A stretch of DNA of 64,000 nt from Alphaproteobacteria bacterium (GCA_965200785.1 CBDAVA010000003.1:1978241-2042240); one strand, 5' to 3'. Shown: positions 20,178 through 31,552, numbered from the stretch's first letter. Numbers and translations are program-made. The notes: generated from the letters alone by a model not told the origin.

Positions 20178-20810
20178 CTATTCGGCGGCGGCTGCGCCGT
20201 TTTGCACGAGGTCGAACAGCGGGGCGAAATATTCGGGTTCCTGGGCGCCGGAGATGGCGTAGCGGCGGTCCACGACGAAACAGGGCACGCCCTGAATGCC
20301 CATGGCGCGGGCGCGGGCATCTTCCTGCCGGACGTCCCGGACGGCTGTGTCCGACGCCAGCAGGTCCGCCGCCGCCTGCCTGTCCCACCCGGCGCGGGCG
20401 GCGATGTCCGCAAGCTGCGCCGTGTCGCCGATGTCCTCGCCGTTCAGGAAATACGCATCGAACAGGGCATCGACAAGCGCCGTCTGCCCCTCGCCGGACT
20501 CCCGGATCAGCCGATGCGCCGCGAGCGTGCTCGGCGTGCGTTCGATGGCCTCGAACCGGAACTCTATGCCTTCGGCCCGCCCGGTTTCGCGGATACGGTC
20601 ATAGACCGGCCCGCCGCCCTGCGCGCCGAATTTGAGCGCCAGATACTCCCGCCGCGCCATGCCCTCGGCCGGCATTCCGGGGTTTAGCTGGAACGCCCGC
20701 CAGCGAATGGCGGCTTCCAGGCCAGGGCGCGCCTCCAGGGCGCGGGCGAGACGCCGGCGCCCGATAAAACACCACGGACAGATGACGTCCGAGAAAATCT
20801 CGATCAGCAT
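20178..20810 (-). CDS. DsbA-family thiol oxidoreductase (FrnE / HCCA-isomerase-like)
   Basis: It has a CPWC active-site motif near the N-terminus (IFSDVICPWCFIG) on a thioredoxin-like fold, and is 210 aa. Confidence 0.7.
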   Translation of the reverse strand: MLIEIFSDVICPWCFIGRRRLARALEARPGLEAAIRWRAFQLNPGMPAEGMARREYLALKFGAQGGGPVYDRIRETGRAEGIEFRFEAIERTPSTLAAHRLIRESGEGQTALVDALFDAYFLNGEDIGDTAQLADIAARAGWDRQAAADLLASDTAVRDVRQEDARARAMGIQGVPCFVVDRRYAISGAQEPEYFAPLFDLVQNGAAAAE

Positions 20811-20852
20811 GGAGCGGCAATATAGAAGCCGCCTGCAGGGGAGGGAAGCGCA

Positions 20853-21611
20853 TTGATCGACGGTCTGTTGCGCCTGGACGGCAAGACGGTGCTGGTTACC
20901 GGCGCATCGCGGGGCCTCGGGCGGGGGTTTGCCGAAGCCGCAGCGGCGGCAGGCGCGCGCGTTGCCCTGGCGGCCCGGGACATGGCGGCCCTGGGCGAAG
21001 CCGCCGCCGGCATCAGCGGCGCCGTTGCGCTGTCAATGGATGTGACCGACCGCAACCGGGTCGCCGCCGGTTTCGACGCCGCGGAGGAGGCGCTCGGCCC
21101 CGTCCATGCCGTGGTCAACAATTCCGGCGTCGCCGTGACCCGCCGGCTGCTGGAGGCGAGCGAGGACGACTGGCGGCGGGTCATCGACACCAATCTCACC
21201 GGCGCCTGGTTCGTCGCGCAGGAAGCGGCAAGGCGGATGGCGGCGCGCGGTGAAGGCGGCAGCATCGTCAATATCGGCTCGCTGCTGGGCTTGCGAACCG
21301 GACGCGGCGCCGTTGGATATGCCGCATCGAAGGCCGGGCTGCATCACCTGACGCGCGTGATGGCCGCGGAACTCGCGCGTGACGGCGTGCGGGTGAACGC
21401 GCTGGCGCCGGGCTATGTGCTGACCGATCTTAACAAGGCGTTCTTCGCCTCGCCGCCCGGGCAGGCGCTGGCGCGGCGGGTGCCGATGGGCCGCCTGGGC
21501 CGCGCGGCCGACCTCGCCGCGCCGCTGCTCTTCCTGCTTTCCGATGCCTCGGCCTATATGACCGGCCAGATTCTGGCGGTGGACGGCGGGCACTCGGTCT
21601 CGAATGTCTGA
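20853..21611 (+). CDS. short-chain dehydrogenase/reductase (SDR)
   Basis: It has the TGASRGLG Rossmann motif, NNSG, and a YAASKAG catalytic Y..K motif. Confidence 0.8.
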   Translation: MIDGLLRLDGKTVLVTGASRGLGRGFAEAAAAAGARVALAARDMAALGEAAAGISGAVALSMDVTDRNRVAAGFDAAEEALGPVHAVVNNSGVAVTRRLLEASEDDWRRVIDTNLTGAWFVAQEAARRMAARGEGGSIVNIGSLLGLRTGRGAVGYAASKAGLHHLTRVMAAELARDGVRVNALAPGYVLTDLNKAFFASPPGQALARRVPMGRLGRAADLAAPLLFLLSDASAYMTGQILAVDGGHSVSNV

Positions 21612-21808
21612 CGGCAGAAGGCCCGGCCGCCCCCGCCAGGGCCGCAAACCGGGACGCCGCCGGCAAATCCCGCTTGCATAGCCGGCCGGACACGGCTAGT
21701 AAGCCCGCGATTTCGCACGCGGGCTGCGGCCTCTCTGCCGATCCGGTTCCTTCCTCGGAAGGCGACGGCCCGCGTCAGGACAAACCGGAACACAAGGAAG
21801 GCGAGCCG

Positions 21809-22597
21809 ATGGCAGTGCCGACATTCACCATGCGCCAGCTTCTGGAGGCCGGCGTTCACTTCGGGCATCACACGCGGCGCTGGAACCCCCGGATGTCGCC
21901 GTTCATCTTCGGGATCCGCAACGGTGTCCATATCATGGACCTGCAGCAGACGGTTCCGATGCTGTATCGGGCGCTGGAAGCGGTTTCGGGCGTCGTCAGC
22001 GACGGCGGGCGCGTGCTGTTCGTCGGCACCAAGCGGCAGGCGCAGGAGACGGTGGCGGAAGCGGCGCGCCAGTGCGGGCAGTATTTCGTGAACCACCGCT
22101 GGCTCGGCGGGATGCTGACGAACTGGAAGACGATCTCGAATTCCATCAGCCGGCTGCGCGACCTCGAGGAACAGCTCGCGCAGGACAATATCGGCCTGAC
22201 GAAAAAGGAATTCCTTCGGCTGCAGCGCGAACGCGACAAGCTGGAGCAGACGCTCGGCGGCATCAAGGAGATGGCGGGCCTGCCGGATATCCTCTTCGTG
22301 ATCGACACCAACAAGGAGCACATCGCCGTCGCCGAGGCCCGCAAGCTGGGCATTCCGGTCGTCGCCGTGCTCGACAGCAATTCCGACCCCGAGGGCGTCG
22401 AGTTTCCGGTGCCGGGCAATGACGATGCGATACGGGCGATTTCGCTCTATTGCGAACTCGTCACCGGCGCGGTGCTGGACGGCATCGAGCGGGAGATGAC
22501 GGCTTCCGGCCAGGATGTCGGCGAACTGGAGGAAGCGCCCCAGGAGCCGGCGCTCGAACCGGAGGAAGCGGAAAACACTGCCGGCGCGGCCGGTTGA
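21809..22597 (+). CDS. rpsB: 30S ribosomal protein S2
   Basis: [29 protein letters not shown]... An AGGAAG RBS precedes the ATG at 21809. The track ORF from 21674 over-extends upstream. Confidence 0.9.
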   Translation: MAVPTFTMRQLLEAGVHFGHHTRRWNPRMSPFIFGIRNGVHIMDLQQTVPMLYRALEAVSGVVSDGGRVLFVGTKRQAQETVAEAARQCGQYFVNHRWLGGMLTNWKTISNSISRLRDLEEQLAQDNIGLTKKEFLRLQRERDKLEQTLGGIKEMAGLPDILFVIDTNKEHIAVAEARKLGIPVVAVLDSNSDPEGVEFPVPGNDDAIRAISLYCELVTGAVLDGIEREMTASGQDVGELEEAPQEPALEPEEAENTAGAAG

Positions 22598-22633
22598 TCT
22601 CAGACGAACCTATCGCAAGAAGGGCTTACACCG

Positions 22634-23554
22634 ATGGCTCAGGTGACGGCGGCGCTGGTCAAGGATCTGCGCGAGCGGACCGGCGCGGGCATGATGGACT
22701 GCAAGAAGGCGCTGACAGAGAACGACGCCGATATCGAGGCGGCGCTGGACTGGCTGCGCAAGAAGGGGCTGGCCGCGGCGCAGAAGAAGGCCGGCCGCAC
22801 GGCGGCGGAAGGCCTGGTCGGCATGGCGCTGGACAATGGGCGCGGCGCGCTCGTCGAGCTCAACTCCGAGACCGATTTCGTGGCGCGCAATGAAGGTTTC
22901 CAGACGGCGGTGGCGCAATTGGCGGCGCTCGGGCTGACCGTTGACGGCGGCCTCGACGCCCTCAAGGCCGGCGAGATCGACGGCCAGACGGCGGATGCCT
23001 ATGTCACCGGCCTGATCGCCACCATCGGCGAAAACATGAATCTGCGCCGCTACGCCACCCTGTCGGTCGATGAAGGCGTGGTTGCCGGCTATATGCACGG
23101 CGCCGCCGCGCCCGGCCTCGGCAAGATCGGGGTTCTGGTCGGGCTGGAATCCTCCGGCGACAGGGAGAAGCTCGCCGCCCTCGGCAAACAGATCGCCATG
23201 CATGTCACATCCGCCAATCCCCGCTGGGTCGCCCGCGGCGATGCCGACAGCGCGGAGATCGAGCGCGAGCGCGCAATTCTCGTGGACCAGGCCAGGGCGT
23301 CCGGCCGCCCGGACCATGTCATCGAGAAAATGGTCGAAGGGCGGATGCGCAAATATTTCGAGGAGGTCGTGCTCGCCGAGCAGGCGTTTATCATGGATAC
23401 CGACAAGTCGGTGGGCAAGGTTCTCGAGGAGGCCGCCGGCGATGTCGGCGCGCCCGTCGCCTGCAGCGGCTTTGTGCGCTTCGCGCTCGGCGAAGGCGTC
23501 GAACGCGAGGACAAGGACTTCGCCGCCGAGGTCGCCCAAACGCTTGGAGAGTGA
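22634..23554 (+). CDS. tsf: elongation factor Ts
   Basis: The N-terminus VKDLRERTGAGMMDCKKAL is the UBA-like EF-Ts motif. It follows rpsB as usual. Confidence 0.9.
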   Translation: MAQVTAALVKDLRERTGAGMMDCKKALTENDADIEAALDWLRKKGLAAAQKKAGRTAAEGLVGMALDNGRGALVELNSETDFVARNEGFQTAVAQLAALGLTVDGGLDALKAGEIDGQTADAYVTGLIATIGENMNLRRYATLSVDEGVVAGYMHGAAAPGLGKIGVLVGLESSGDREKLAALGKQIAMHVTSANPRWVARGDADSAEIERERAILVDQARASGRPDHVIEKMVEGRMRKYFEEVVLAEQAFIMDTDKSVGKVLEEAAGDVGAPVACSGFVRFALGEGVEREDKDFAAEVAQTLGE

Positions 23555-23579
23555 CAGCCGGCCCCGGACGGGAGAGATC

Positions 23580-24296
23580 ATGGCGCCGCAGGCCCGCTTT
23601 CGCCGAGTGCTGCTCAAGGTTTCCGGCGAGGCCTTGATGGGGCAGGGCGAGTTCGGCATCGCGCCGTGCACAATGCGCCGTATCGCAGCCGACATTGCGG
23701 AAGCCCGTGCGCTGGGCGTCGAGATCGCGGTCGTGGTCGGCGGGGGCAATATCTTCCGGGGCGGCAATGCGGCCAGGATCGGCGTCAGCCGCGTCGCCGG
23801 CGACCATATGGGCATGCTCGCCACGGTCATCAATGCGCTGGCGCTGCGCGGCGCGCTCGAGGACAGCGGCGTCGAGGCGCGCGCACAGAGCGCGATACCG
23901 ATGCACACGGTTTGCGAGCAGTTCATTCGCGAGCGGGCCGAGCGGCATCTTCGCCGGGGGCGGGTGCTGGTATTGGCCGGCGGCACCGGCAATCCGTTCT
24001 TCACCACGGATTCCGCGGCGGTGTTGCGGGCCAGCGAACTCGGCTGCGGCGCCGTCCTCAAGGCGACGCAGGTGGACGGCGTCTATTCGGCAGACCCCAA
24101 ACTGGCGCCGGACGCCATCCGTTACGACAGCTTGACCTACAAGGAAGTTCTGGAACGCGATCTCAAGGTGATGGACGCTGCCGCCGTGGCGCTGGCGCGG
24201 GATAACAGCATTCCGATTCTCGTCTTTTCGTTGCATAATGCCGGGTCGTTCGCGCGCGCGTTGACGGGCCGCGAAGCCTCGACGATCATCCAGTAG
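23580..24296 (+). CDS. pyrH: UMP kinase
   Basis: [12 protein letters not shown]..., GGGNIFRG and the amino-acid kinase fold identify it. ATG at 23580. The track ORF 23070-24296 is an artefactual upstream fusion. Confidence 0.9.
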   Translation: MAPQARFRRVLLKVSGEALMGQGEFGIAPCTMRRIAADIAEARALGVEIAVVVGGGNIFRGGNAARIGVSRVAGDHMGMLATVINALALRGALEDSGVEARAQSAIPMHTVCEQFIRERAERHLRRGRVLVLAGGTGNPFFTTDSAAVLRASELGCGAVLKATQVDGVYSADPKLAPDAIRYDSLTYKEVLERDLKVMDAAAVALARDNSIPILVFSLHNAGSFARALTGREASTIIQ

Positions 24297-24312
24297 GAAA
24301 GCGAGAACCCCC

Positions 24313-24870
24313 GTGTCCGACCCTGATATCGACGATCTGGAGCGGCGCATGGCCGGCGCCATTGAGGCGCTGAAACGCGAATTTGCGGGGCTGCGGACGG
24401 GCCGCGCCAGCACCTCGCTCCTCGAACCGCTGTCCGTGGCCGCCTATGGCGCAGAAATGCCGATCAACCAGGTCGCGACGCTCGGCGCGCCGGAGCCGCG
24501 CATGTTGACGGTGCAGGTGTGGGACAGGAGCAATCTGAAGGCGGTCGAGCGGGCAATTCGCGAATCATCCCTCGGTCTGAACCCGACCTCCGACGGGCAG
24601 TTGATCCGGGTGCCGATCCCCGAATTGAGCGAGGAGCGCCGGACCGAGCTCGCCAGAATCGCCCATCGCTACGCTGAACAGGCCAGGGTGGCTGTCCGCA
24701 ATGTGCGCCGCGACGGCATGGACAAGCTGAAGCGGATGGAGCGAGAGGGCGATCTTTCCCGCGACGAACAGCATCTCTGGTCGGAGGAGGTGCAGGAACT
24801 GACGGATCGGTTCGTCAAGGAAATCGACAACGCCGTCTCGGCCAAAGAAACAGAGATCATGCAGGTTTGA
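24313..24870 (+). CDS. frr: ribosome recycling factor
   Basis: It is 185 aa with typical RRF sequence ([12 protein letters not shown]..., [10 protein letters not shown]). Confidence 0.9.
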   Translation: MSDPDIDDLERRMAGAIEALKREFAGLRTGRASTSLLEPLSVAAYGAEMPINQVATLGAPEPRMLTVQVWDRSNLKAVERAIRESSLGLNPTSDGQLIRVPIPELSEERRTELARIAHRYAEQARVAVRNVRRDGMDKLKRMEREGDLSRDEQHLWSEEVQELTDRFVKEIDNAVSAKETEIMQV

Positions 24871-25613
24871 CCGCAATGGCGGTCGAAACACAGCTTTTCC
24901 CGGTGCGGCCGGCTCCGCCGCATCATGTTGCGATCACGATGGACGGCAATGGGCGCTGGGCTGCGGCGCGCGGCCTCCCGCGCGCGGCCGGACATGCCCG
25001 GGGTGCGGAGGCGGCGCGGGCGGCAGTGCAGGCCGCCGCCGAACTCGGCATCCGGATCCTGACCCTCTACAGCTTTTCGTCGGAGAACTGGCGCCGCTCG
25101 GCCGAGGAAGTCAACGACCTGCTGGGCCTGTTGCGCTACTATCTCGGCAAAGAGCTCGAGGACATGCACAGCAATGGCGTTCGGTTGCGGATGATCGGGG
25201 AACGGGAGCGCTTGCCGGCCGACTTGCGCGACCAGGTCGCCCATGCCGAGGCGCTGACCGCCGGCAATGATGCGATTCTGGTGCAGGTGGCGTTCAGCTA
25301 TGGCGGCCGCAGCGAGATCGTGCGCGCCGCCCGCCGCATGGTCGAGGACGCAGCCGCAGGCAGGCTGTTGCCGGACGATATGGACGAGGCCGCCTTTGCC
25401 GCCCGGCTGGATACCGCCGGCATACCGGACCCCGACATGATGATCCGCACCGGCGGCGAAATGCGCATCAGCAATTTCCTCCTCTGGCAGGCGGCTTACA
25501 CGGAGCTGTTCTTCACGGACCGGCTCTGGCCCGATTTCACCAAGGCGGACCTGGAAGACAAGCTCATCGAATTTTCCCGGCGCGAACGACGCTATGGCGC
25601 TCGGGCTGCCTGA
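24867..25613 (+). CDS. uppS: isoprenyl transferase (undecaprenyl-diphosphate synthase)
   Basis: [13 protein letters not shown] and the ...[14 protein letters not shown] motifs of cis-prenyltransferases are present. Confidence 0.9.
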   Translation: MTAMAVETQLFPVRPAPPHHVAITMDGNGRWAAARGLPRAAGHARGAEAARAAVQAAAELGIRILTLYSFSSENWRRSAEEVNDLLGLLRYYLGKELEDMHSNGVRLRMIGERERLPADLRDQVAHAEALTAGNDAILVQVAFSYGGRSEIVRAARRMVEDAAAGRLLPDDMDEAAFAARLDTAGIPDPDMMIRTGGEMRISNFLLWQAAYTELFFTDRLWPDFTKADLEDKLIEFSRRERRYGARAA

Positions 25614-26376
25614 CGACACCGGCCGCCGGACGGTTGCGGCGCTGCTGCTGATGCCGGCGGCGGTGTTGGCGGTGCTGGCGGGGTTTCCGTTCTGGGAGGC
25701 GGTGGTCTTCGCCGGCGCGCTGCTCGCTGGCCGCGAATGGGCGGTCATGGCGGCGCCGGAGACAGCGCGCGCCTTCGCCGCGATCCCGGCTGCTGCAGCG
25801 GCGCCGGCCTTGTTTTCCGCGCCCGCGGCGCTGCAGGGCGCGGTTGTGCTGGCTGCCGCCGGCGCCGCCGGCCTGTTTCTGAGGCGGCGGTCGCTGGCCG
25901 TGGGGGTGCTCTATATCGCTGTCCCCGTCCTGTGCCTGATCGCCCTGCGGCGCCCGGAGTTCGGAGGCGCCGGCCTGATCGTCTGGCTGTTCGCGGTGAT
26001 CTGGGCGGGGGATATCGGAGCCTGGTGGACAGGCCGCCGGTTCGGCGGACGCCGGCTTGCGCCGGTCTGGAGTCCCAACAAGACATGGAGCGGTTTCGCC
26101 GGCGGGCTCGCGGCGGCGGGCCTCGCCGGGGCCGCGGCCAGCGCCGTTCTGGAGGCGCCCGGTTCCCCGGCTGCCGGCTTCGCCGCCGGCCTTTTGGTCG
26201 GCGGCGCCGGGGCGGGCGGCGATCTGTTTGAAAGCGTGTGCAAACGCCGCTTCGGCGTCAAGGACAGCGGCCGCCTCATTCCCGGACATGGGGGGTTGCT
26301 CGACCGGGTGGACAGCCTGCTGGCCGGGGCGTGCGCCGCCATGCTGTTCACCGCTTGCGGGTGGCGCTGGACATGA
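25594..26376 (+). CDS. cdsA: phosphatidate cytidylyltransferase
   Basis: A multi-TM protein ending in the CTP_transf_1 signature (KRRFGVKDSGRLIPGHGGLLDRVDS). Confidence 0.85.
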   Translation: MALGLPDDTGRRTVAALLLMPAAVLAVLAGFPFWEAVVFAGALLAGREWAVMAAPETARAFAAIPAAAAAPALFSAPAALQGAVVLAAAGAAGLFLRRRSLAVGVLYIAVPVLCLIALRRPEFGGAGLIVWLFAVIWAGDIGAWWTGRRFGGRRLAPVWSPNKTWSGFAGGLAAAGLAGAAASAVLEAPGSPAAGFAAGLLVGGAGAGGDLFESVCKRRFGVKDSGRLIPGHGGLLDRVDSLLAGACAAMLFTACGWRWT

Positions 26377-27548
26377 GCGGGAAACGGGTGACTGTCCTCG
26401 GGTCGACGGGATCGGTCGGCGCCAACACGCTTTCTGTCATTGCCGAACACCCGGAGCGATTTCGTGTCGTTGCGCTTGCAGCGGGCAGCAATGCCGCTGT
26501 CCTGGCGCAGCAGGCGCGCGCATTCAGGCCGGAATTCGCCGCGATTGCCGACCCCGCCGGCTATGCGCTGCTGAAGGAGGAACTGGCCGGCACTGGCATC
26601 GAGGCCGCCGCCGGCGAGGAAGCGGTTGTGGAGGCGGCCAGGCGCGATGCGGCGCTGGTCATGGCGGCTATCGCCGGTTCGGCCGGGCTCTGGCCCACTC
26701 TTGCGGCGATTGAACGCGGAGCGGTCATCGCGCTCGCCAACAAGGAAAGCCTGGTCTGCGCCGGCGAATTGATGATGGCCGCCGCGCGCGCTTCGGGCAG
26801 CGTCGTGTTGCCGGTCGATTCCGAGCATAACGCGATCTTCCAGGTGTTCGACGCCGACCGCCGGGAGACTGTCCGGCGGTTGATCCTGACCGCGTCGGGC
26901 GGGCCGTTTCGCAAGGCCAGCCGGGACGAAATGGCCGTTGTCCGGCCCGCCGAAGCCCTGAAACACCCCAATTGGGATATGGGCGCCAAGATCACCATCG
27001 ACTCGGCGACGATGATGAACAAGGGCCTGGAGCTGATCGAGGCGCACCACCTGTTCGCAATGCCCGGAGACGCCATAGACATCCTCGTGCATCCGCAATC
27101 CATTGTGCATTCCATGGTGGAATATGTGGACGGGTCTTTGCTGGCGCAGTTGGGAACGCCAGACATGCGCACGCCGATCGCGGTGGCGCTCGCCTGGCCT
27201 GACCGGCTGTCGGTGGCAGGCGAGCGCCTGGACCTGTTGGCGGCGGGCCGTCTCGACTTCGAGCCGCCGGACCCCGAGCGGTTTCCGGCGCTGCTGCTGG
27301 CCCGCAACGCGCTGGAGCGCGGCGGCGCCGAGCCGGCCGCGCTCAGCGCCGCGAATGAAGTGGCGGTCGCGGCTTTTCTGTCGAACCGGATCGGTTTTCT
27401 GCGGATTGCGGAAATTGCCGGCGACACCGTTGCCGCAATGCGCCCGGCCGGTCTTTCCAGTCTCGACGATGTGTGGTCCACAGACGCGGAGGCGCGGGAA
27501 GTCGCCGGGCGCCTGGTTGATCGCGCCGCCGGCGCCGCGGCGCATTAG
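26373..27548 (+). CDS. dxr: 1-deoxy-D-xylulose 5-phosphate reductoisomerase
   Basis: MSGKRVTVLGSTGSVGANTL NADPH-binding N-terminus. The start overlaps the cdsA stop (ATGA). Confidence 0.9.
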   Translation: MSGKRVTVLGSTGSVGANTLSVIAEHPERFRVVALAAGSNAAVLAQQARAFRPEFAAIADPAGYALLKEELAGTGIEAAAGEEAVVEAARRDAALVMAAIAGSAGLWPTLAAIERGAVIALANKESLVCAGELMMAAARASGSVVLPVDSEHNAIFQVFDADRRETVRRLILTASGGPFRKASRDEMAVVRPAEALKHPNWDMGAKITIDSATMMNKGLELIEAHHLFAMPGDAIDILVHPQSIVHSMVEYVDGSLLAQLGTPDMRTPIAVALAWPDRLSVAGERLDLLAAGRLDFEPPDPERFPALLLARNALERGGAEPAALSAANEVAVAAFLSNRIGFLRIAEIAGDTVAAMRPAGLSSLDDVWSTDAEAREVAGRLVDRAAGAAAH

Positions 27549-27559
27549 GGAGCCTTCGC

Positions 27560-28675
27560 TTGAGCTTTATCTGGGAATATCTGGCGCCGTTTCTGCTCCT
27601 CCTGAGCGTGCTCGTCTTTGTGCATGAGTTCGGGCACTACTGGGCGGCGCGGCGCTGCGGAGTCCGTGTCGAGGTGTTTTCCGTCGGCTTCGGGCGGGAG
27701 CTCTGGGGCTGGACGGACCGCGCGGGAACGCGCTGGAAACTCTCCCTGATCCCGCTAGGCGGCTATGTGCGCATGTTCGGCGACGAGGGTGGCGCCTACG
27801 GCACAGCGGAGGCGATGACATCCGAGGAAAGCGCCGCCGCATTCAGCAACAAGTCCCTGGGGCAGCGCGCCTTCATCGTGGTTGCGGGGCCGGCGGCCAA
27901 TTTTCTGTTCGCCATTCTCGTCTTTGCCGTCCTGTTTATGACCTACGGCCAGCGGCACACCAGCCCGGTTGTCACCGAGGTCATGGAAGACAGCGCCGCC
28001 GCCGCGGCCGGAATTCGGGCCGGCGACCGGTTTGTCGAGCTTGACGGCCAAACTATCGCGCGTTTCGAGGACCTGCAGCGGATCGTGCATCTCCACCCCG
28101 GCCGGCCGATGACGGCGGTTGTCGTCCGCGACGGCTCGGAAACGCGGTTGACCGTCACGCCCGGCATTTCCCGGCATACCGACAATCTCGGCAATGTGCA
28201 TGAGTTCGGCCGTCTGGGCGTGCGCGGCGGGGCGCTGGAGACGGTGCGCCGCGGCCCGGGGGAGGCCGTGGTCCTGGGGGTGGACTACACCTGGACCATG
28301 ACGGCGACGATCCTTTCGTTTATCGGCGACATGATCGGGGGGCAGCGGTCCACCGACGAGCTTGGCGGCGTGCTGCGTATCGGGCATCTGGCTGGCGAGA
28401 TTGCGAAAATCGACCTTGCGGCCTATCTGAACTTCATGGCGCTGCTGTCGATCAATCTGGGGCTTATCAACCTGTTCCCCATTCCGATGCTGGACGGCGG
28501 GCATCTTGTATTTTACGCAATCGAGGCCGTTCGGGGCCGCCCGCTGGGGCAGAAGGCGCAGGAATACGGGTTCAAGATCGGCCTGGGCCTCGTCATTGCG
28601 CTGATGCTGTTCGTAACCTGGAACGACTTGGTATACCTTCGGGCCGTGGCATTTCTTGAGCGTGTCGTCGGATGA
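27560..28675 (+). CDS. rseP: RIP zinc metalloprotease RseP (site-2 protease)
   Basis: It has the HEFGHY zinc motif, a PDZ domain and an LDGG motif. Confidence 0.9.
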   Translation: MSFIWEYLAPFLLLLSVLVFVHEFGHYWAARRCGVRVEVFSVGFGRELWGWTDRAGTRWKLSLIPLGGYVRMFGDEGGAYGTAEAMTSEESAAAFSNKSLGQRAFIVVAGPAANFLFAILVFAVLFMTYGQRHTSPVVTEVMEDSAAAAAGIRAGDRFVELDGQTIARFEDLQRIVHLHPGRPMTAVVVRDGSETRLTVTPGISRHTDNLGNVHEFGRLGVRGGALETVRRGPGEAVVLGVDYTWTMTATILSFIGDMIGGQRSTDELGGVLRIGHLAGEIAKIDLAAYLNFMALLSINLGLINLFPIPMLDGGHLVFYAIEAVRGRPLGQKAQEYGFKIGLGLVIALMLFVTWNDLVYLRAVAFLERVVG

Positions 28676-30981
28676 TGCTTTCTCTGGGGGAAATCATGGG
28701 CAAATGGCGATTTGCGCTTGCAGCATGGGCATTGGCTGCGGTTGCAATGCTGTCAACGGCGGCAATCGCCCAGACAGGTGTTGCCGTCCGCGATATCGAG
28801 GTCGTCGGCGCGCAGCGCGTTGACCCGGAAACGGTCCGCTCCTATATGCGCGTGCAGCCGGGCGATGTGCTCGGCCCCAGAACGATCAGCGACGCGCTGA
28901 AGAGCCTGTTCGAGACCGGCTATTTCGCCGATGTCGGCATCGACATGCGCGGCGAGGTGATGGTGGTGACGGTGGCGGAGAACCCGATCGTCAACCGTGT
29001 CGCATTCGAAGGAAACCGGCGGATCGACGACGAGGTGATCGGCCCGGAGGTGCAACTCAAACCCCGGCAGATCTTCACCCGCTCGGCAGTCGAGCGGGAT
29101 GTCAGGCGAATTCTGGAGATCTACCGCCGCTCGGGCCGGTTTGCGGCAAGCGTCGAACCGAAGGTTATCGAGCTTCCGCAGAACCGCGTGGATGTCGCAT
29201 TTGAAATTGTCGAGGGCGACCCGACGCTTATCGAGAAGATCGTCTTTATCGGCAATGAGCAGTTCGACGACAGCGACCTGAGGGCCGAAATCAGCAGCAA
29301 GGAGGCGGCCTGGTACCGCTTCCTCTCGAACGACGATGTTTATGATCCGGACCGGGTCGCTTTCGATCGGGAGCAGCTTCGCGGTTTCTATCTGTCGCAG
29401 GGTTACGTCGATTTTCGTGTGACCTCCGCCGTGGCGGAATTAACTCCGGACCAGGACGGATTCATCCTGACTTTCTCGGTCGAGGAAGGCCCGCAATATG
29501 CGTTCGGCGCGATTTCGCTCGAGAATCGGCTGACGGATATTCCGGATTTCCGCCTCTCGCTGTTGCTTCAGCCGCGTTCGGGGGAAATCTACGACAACAG
29601 CGTCATCGTCGAAACCGTTGACGCTCTGGTCGATGAAGTGGGGACTTTCGGCTTTGCATTCGTCGATGTGCAGCCGCGCTCGACGATCCGCAGGGAAGAC
29701 CGGGAAGTCGATATCGTGTTCGAGGTCGACGAGGGGCCGAGAGTCTATGTCGAGCGCATCGATATCGAGGGCAATTTGCGCACGCTCGACAGGGTTATCC
29801 GGCGCGAATTCGGAATTGTCGAGGGCGATGCGTTCAACGTGTCCAAAATTCGGCGTGCGACGCGGCGGATCCGCAATCTCGGCTATTTCACCAAGGTTGA
29901 TGTCTCAAATGAACAAGGCAGCGCAGCGGACAGGGCGCGGGTCAAGGTTGAGGTGGAAGAAACCTCGACGGGCGAATTCTCGATAGGCGCCGGTTATTCT
30001 TCCGAAAGCGGGGCGCTCGTTTCCGTCTCTCTCACCGAGCGCAATCTGTTGGGCAAGGGGCAGCAATTGACGCTTGCGACGACCTTGGCGGAGAATCAGA
30101 ACGAGGTTCAGATTTCGTTTACAGAGCCGTATTTTCGCAGCCAGCCGATCTCCGTTGGCGGCGATATCTTCCGGGTCACGGAAGAGAACGACGACCGCGG
30201 TTACGACCAGGACCGGACCGGTGCCCGGTTGAGAACCGGCTATCAGCTTTCCGAAGATTGGGCGCAGCGCTGGCGCTATACATTCGAGCAGCGGTCCACG
30301 GAATATCACAACCCAAGTCTGAGCCCGCTGGAATCCTCCGGAACGAGTTCGATCATCGGACATGAGCTGGTTTACGATACGCGGGACAGCCGGTTCAGCC
30401 CGACTTCCGGCCAGATCCTGAGTATCGTCAACGACCTGGCGGGCCTTGGCGGAGATGCGCGTTATCTCCGCACGGATGTCAGCGGCACGCAATATATGCC
30501 GATATCGAAGCGCCCGGAGGTGACGCTGGCGCTGTCGGCAAGGGTGGGCGCGATTGTCGGCCTCGGCAAGAGCGTGGAAATCGACGACCGCTATTTCCTC
30601 GGCGGCAGGCGCTTGCGGGGCTTCGACTTCGCCGGCGTGGGCCCGAGAAGCAAGGGCAGCGACCTTCCGCTTGGCGGCAAATATCTTGCGACGGCGACCG
30701 CCGAAGCGATCTTCCCTCTGGGCCTGTCGGAGGATCTGGGCATTCAGGGCCGGCTGTTCGCCGAATTCGGCACGCTGACCGGCGTCGATTGCACCTATTC
30801 CACGCTCGATTGCCCCGGCGCCGATTTCCTTGACGAGTCCTCGATACGCGGCTCTCTCGGTTTCGGCATCTCGTGGACCACGCCCCTGGGTCCGTTGCGC
30901 ATGGACTTCGCCTGGCCGGTGCTGAAGGAGGAGTTCGACAAGGATCAGACCTTCCTGTTCAGCATCGGGACCCAGTTCTGA
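28672..30981 (+). CDS. bamA: outer-membrane protein assembly factor BamA
   Basis: It is 769 aa with a signal peptide (likely true start MGKWRF at 28696), POTRA repeats and a C-terminal Omp85 beta-barrel. Confidence 0.9.
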   Translation: MMLSLGEIMGKWRFALAAWALAAVAMLSTAAIAQTGVAVRDIEVVGAQRVDPETVRSYMRVQPGDVLGPRTISDALKSLFETGYFADVGIDMRGEVMVVTVAENPIVNRVAFEGNRRIDDEVIGPEVQLKPRQIFTRSAVERDVRRILEIYRRSGRFAASVEPKVIELPQNRVDVAFEIVEGDPTLIEKIVFIGNEQFDDSDLRAEISSKEAAWYRFLSNDDVYDPDRVAFDREQLRGFYLSQGYVDFRVTSAVAELTPDQDGFILTFSVEEGPQYAFGAISLENRLTDIPDFRLSLLLQPRSGEIYDNSVIVETVDALVDEVGTFGFAFVDVQPRSTIRREDREVDIVFEVDEGPRVYVERIDIEGNLRTLDRVIRREFGIVEGDAFNVSKIRRATRRIRNLGYFTKVDVSNEQGSAADRARVKVEVEETSTGEFSIGAGYSSESGALVSVSLTERNLLGKGQQLTLATTLAENQNEVQISFTEPYFRSQPISVGGDIFRVTEENDDRGYDQDRTGARLRTGYQLSEDWAQRWRYTFEQRSTEYHNPSLSPLESSGTSSIIGHELVYDTRDSRFSPTSGQILSIVNDLAGLGGDARYLRTDVSGTQYMPISKRPEVTLALSARVGAIVGLGKSVEIDDRYFLGGRRLRGFDFAGVGPRSKGSDLPLGGKYLATATAEAIFPLGLSEDLGIQGRLFAEFGTLTGVDCTYSTLDCPGADFLDESSIRGSLGFGISWTTPLGPLRMDFAWPVLKEEFDKDQTFLFSIGTQF

Positions 30982-31517
30982 TGCCGAGACTCTGGGTCGT
31001 CCTGCTGCTGTGCCTGTTCGCGGCCCCGCTGCACGCCGCCGTTCCCGAACCGGTGGTGGCTGTCATCGACACGAACAGGATCATGCGCGAAGCGAAGGCT
31101 GTGGCGGTGATCTCGAAACAGGTCGAAGGCATCAGCGCCCGCTATAGCAGCGAGGTCAGAGCGGCGGAAACGCGGTTGCGCGAAGAAGACAAGGCGTTGA
31201 CGGAACAGCGCGGCCTGCTTTCCAAGGAAGCCTACAAGGCGAAAGCGCAGGAGTTGCGCGGAAAATTGGCGGAGCTCCGCAGCACGGTCCAGCGCCAGAG
31301 GGTCATGCTCGACCGGGCGCGCTCCGAAGCCGTGCGCCAGGTCCAGCTGCAGCTTTTGCATGTCGCGCGGGACCTTGCCAGGGAACGCGGCGCCAATATC
31401 GTGATCCAGAAATCCGCGCTGGTCTGGGCAGATGAGGAGACCATGGAATTCACCGAAGACGCCTTGAAGCGTTTGAATGAGGTGCTGCCGAGTGTGGTCA
31501 TCGAGGTGTCCCGGTAA
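30981..31517 (+). CDS. skp: periplasmic chaperone Skp (OmpH)
   Basis: It is 178 aa with a signal peptide and coiled-coil OmpH-family sequence. The ATG overlaps the bamA stop. Confidence 0.8.
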   Translation: MPRLWVVLLLCLFAAPLHAAVPEPVVAVIDTNRIMREAKAVAVISKQVEGISARYSSEVRAAETRLREEDKALTEQRGLLSKEAYKAKAQELRGKLAELRSTVQRQRVMLDRARSEAVRQVQLQLLHVARDLARERGANIVIQKSALVWADEETMEFTEDALKRLNEVLPSVVIEVSR

Positions 31518-31552
31518 GCGGGAATCCTCCCGGCAGCATATGACGAGGCGAT

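Noticed and set aside
18655-20262. Plus and minus ORFs running through the CRISPR array (18655-19110, 19315-20262 and others)
   Set aside because: These are translations of the 36-bp repeat (SVANREAAAIRS...) repeated every 22 codons, not genes.
23070-24296. 408-aa + ORF listed as a single frame
   Set aside because: Only the part from the ATG at 23580 matches UMP kinase. The upstream part overlaps tsf in another frame.
22610-27545. Minus-strand ORFs 22610-24061 (483 aa), 23391-24413, 24669-25748 and 25911-27545 (544 aa)
   Set aside because: They are antisense to the conserved tsf-pyrH-frr-uppS-cdsA-dxr genes, whose identities are unambiguous.
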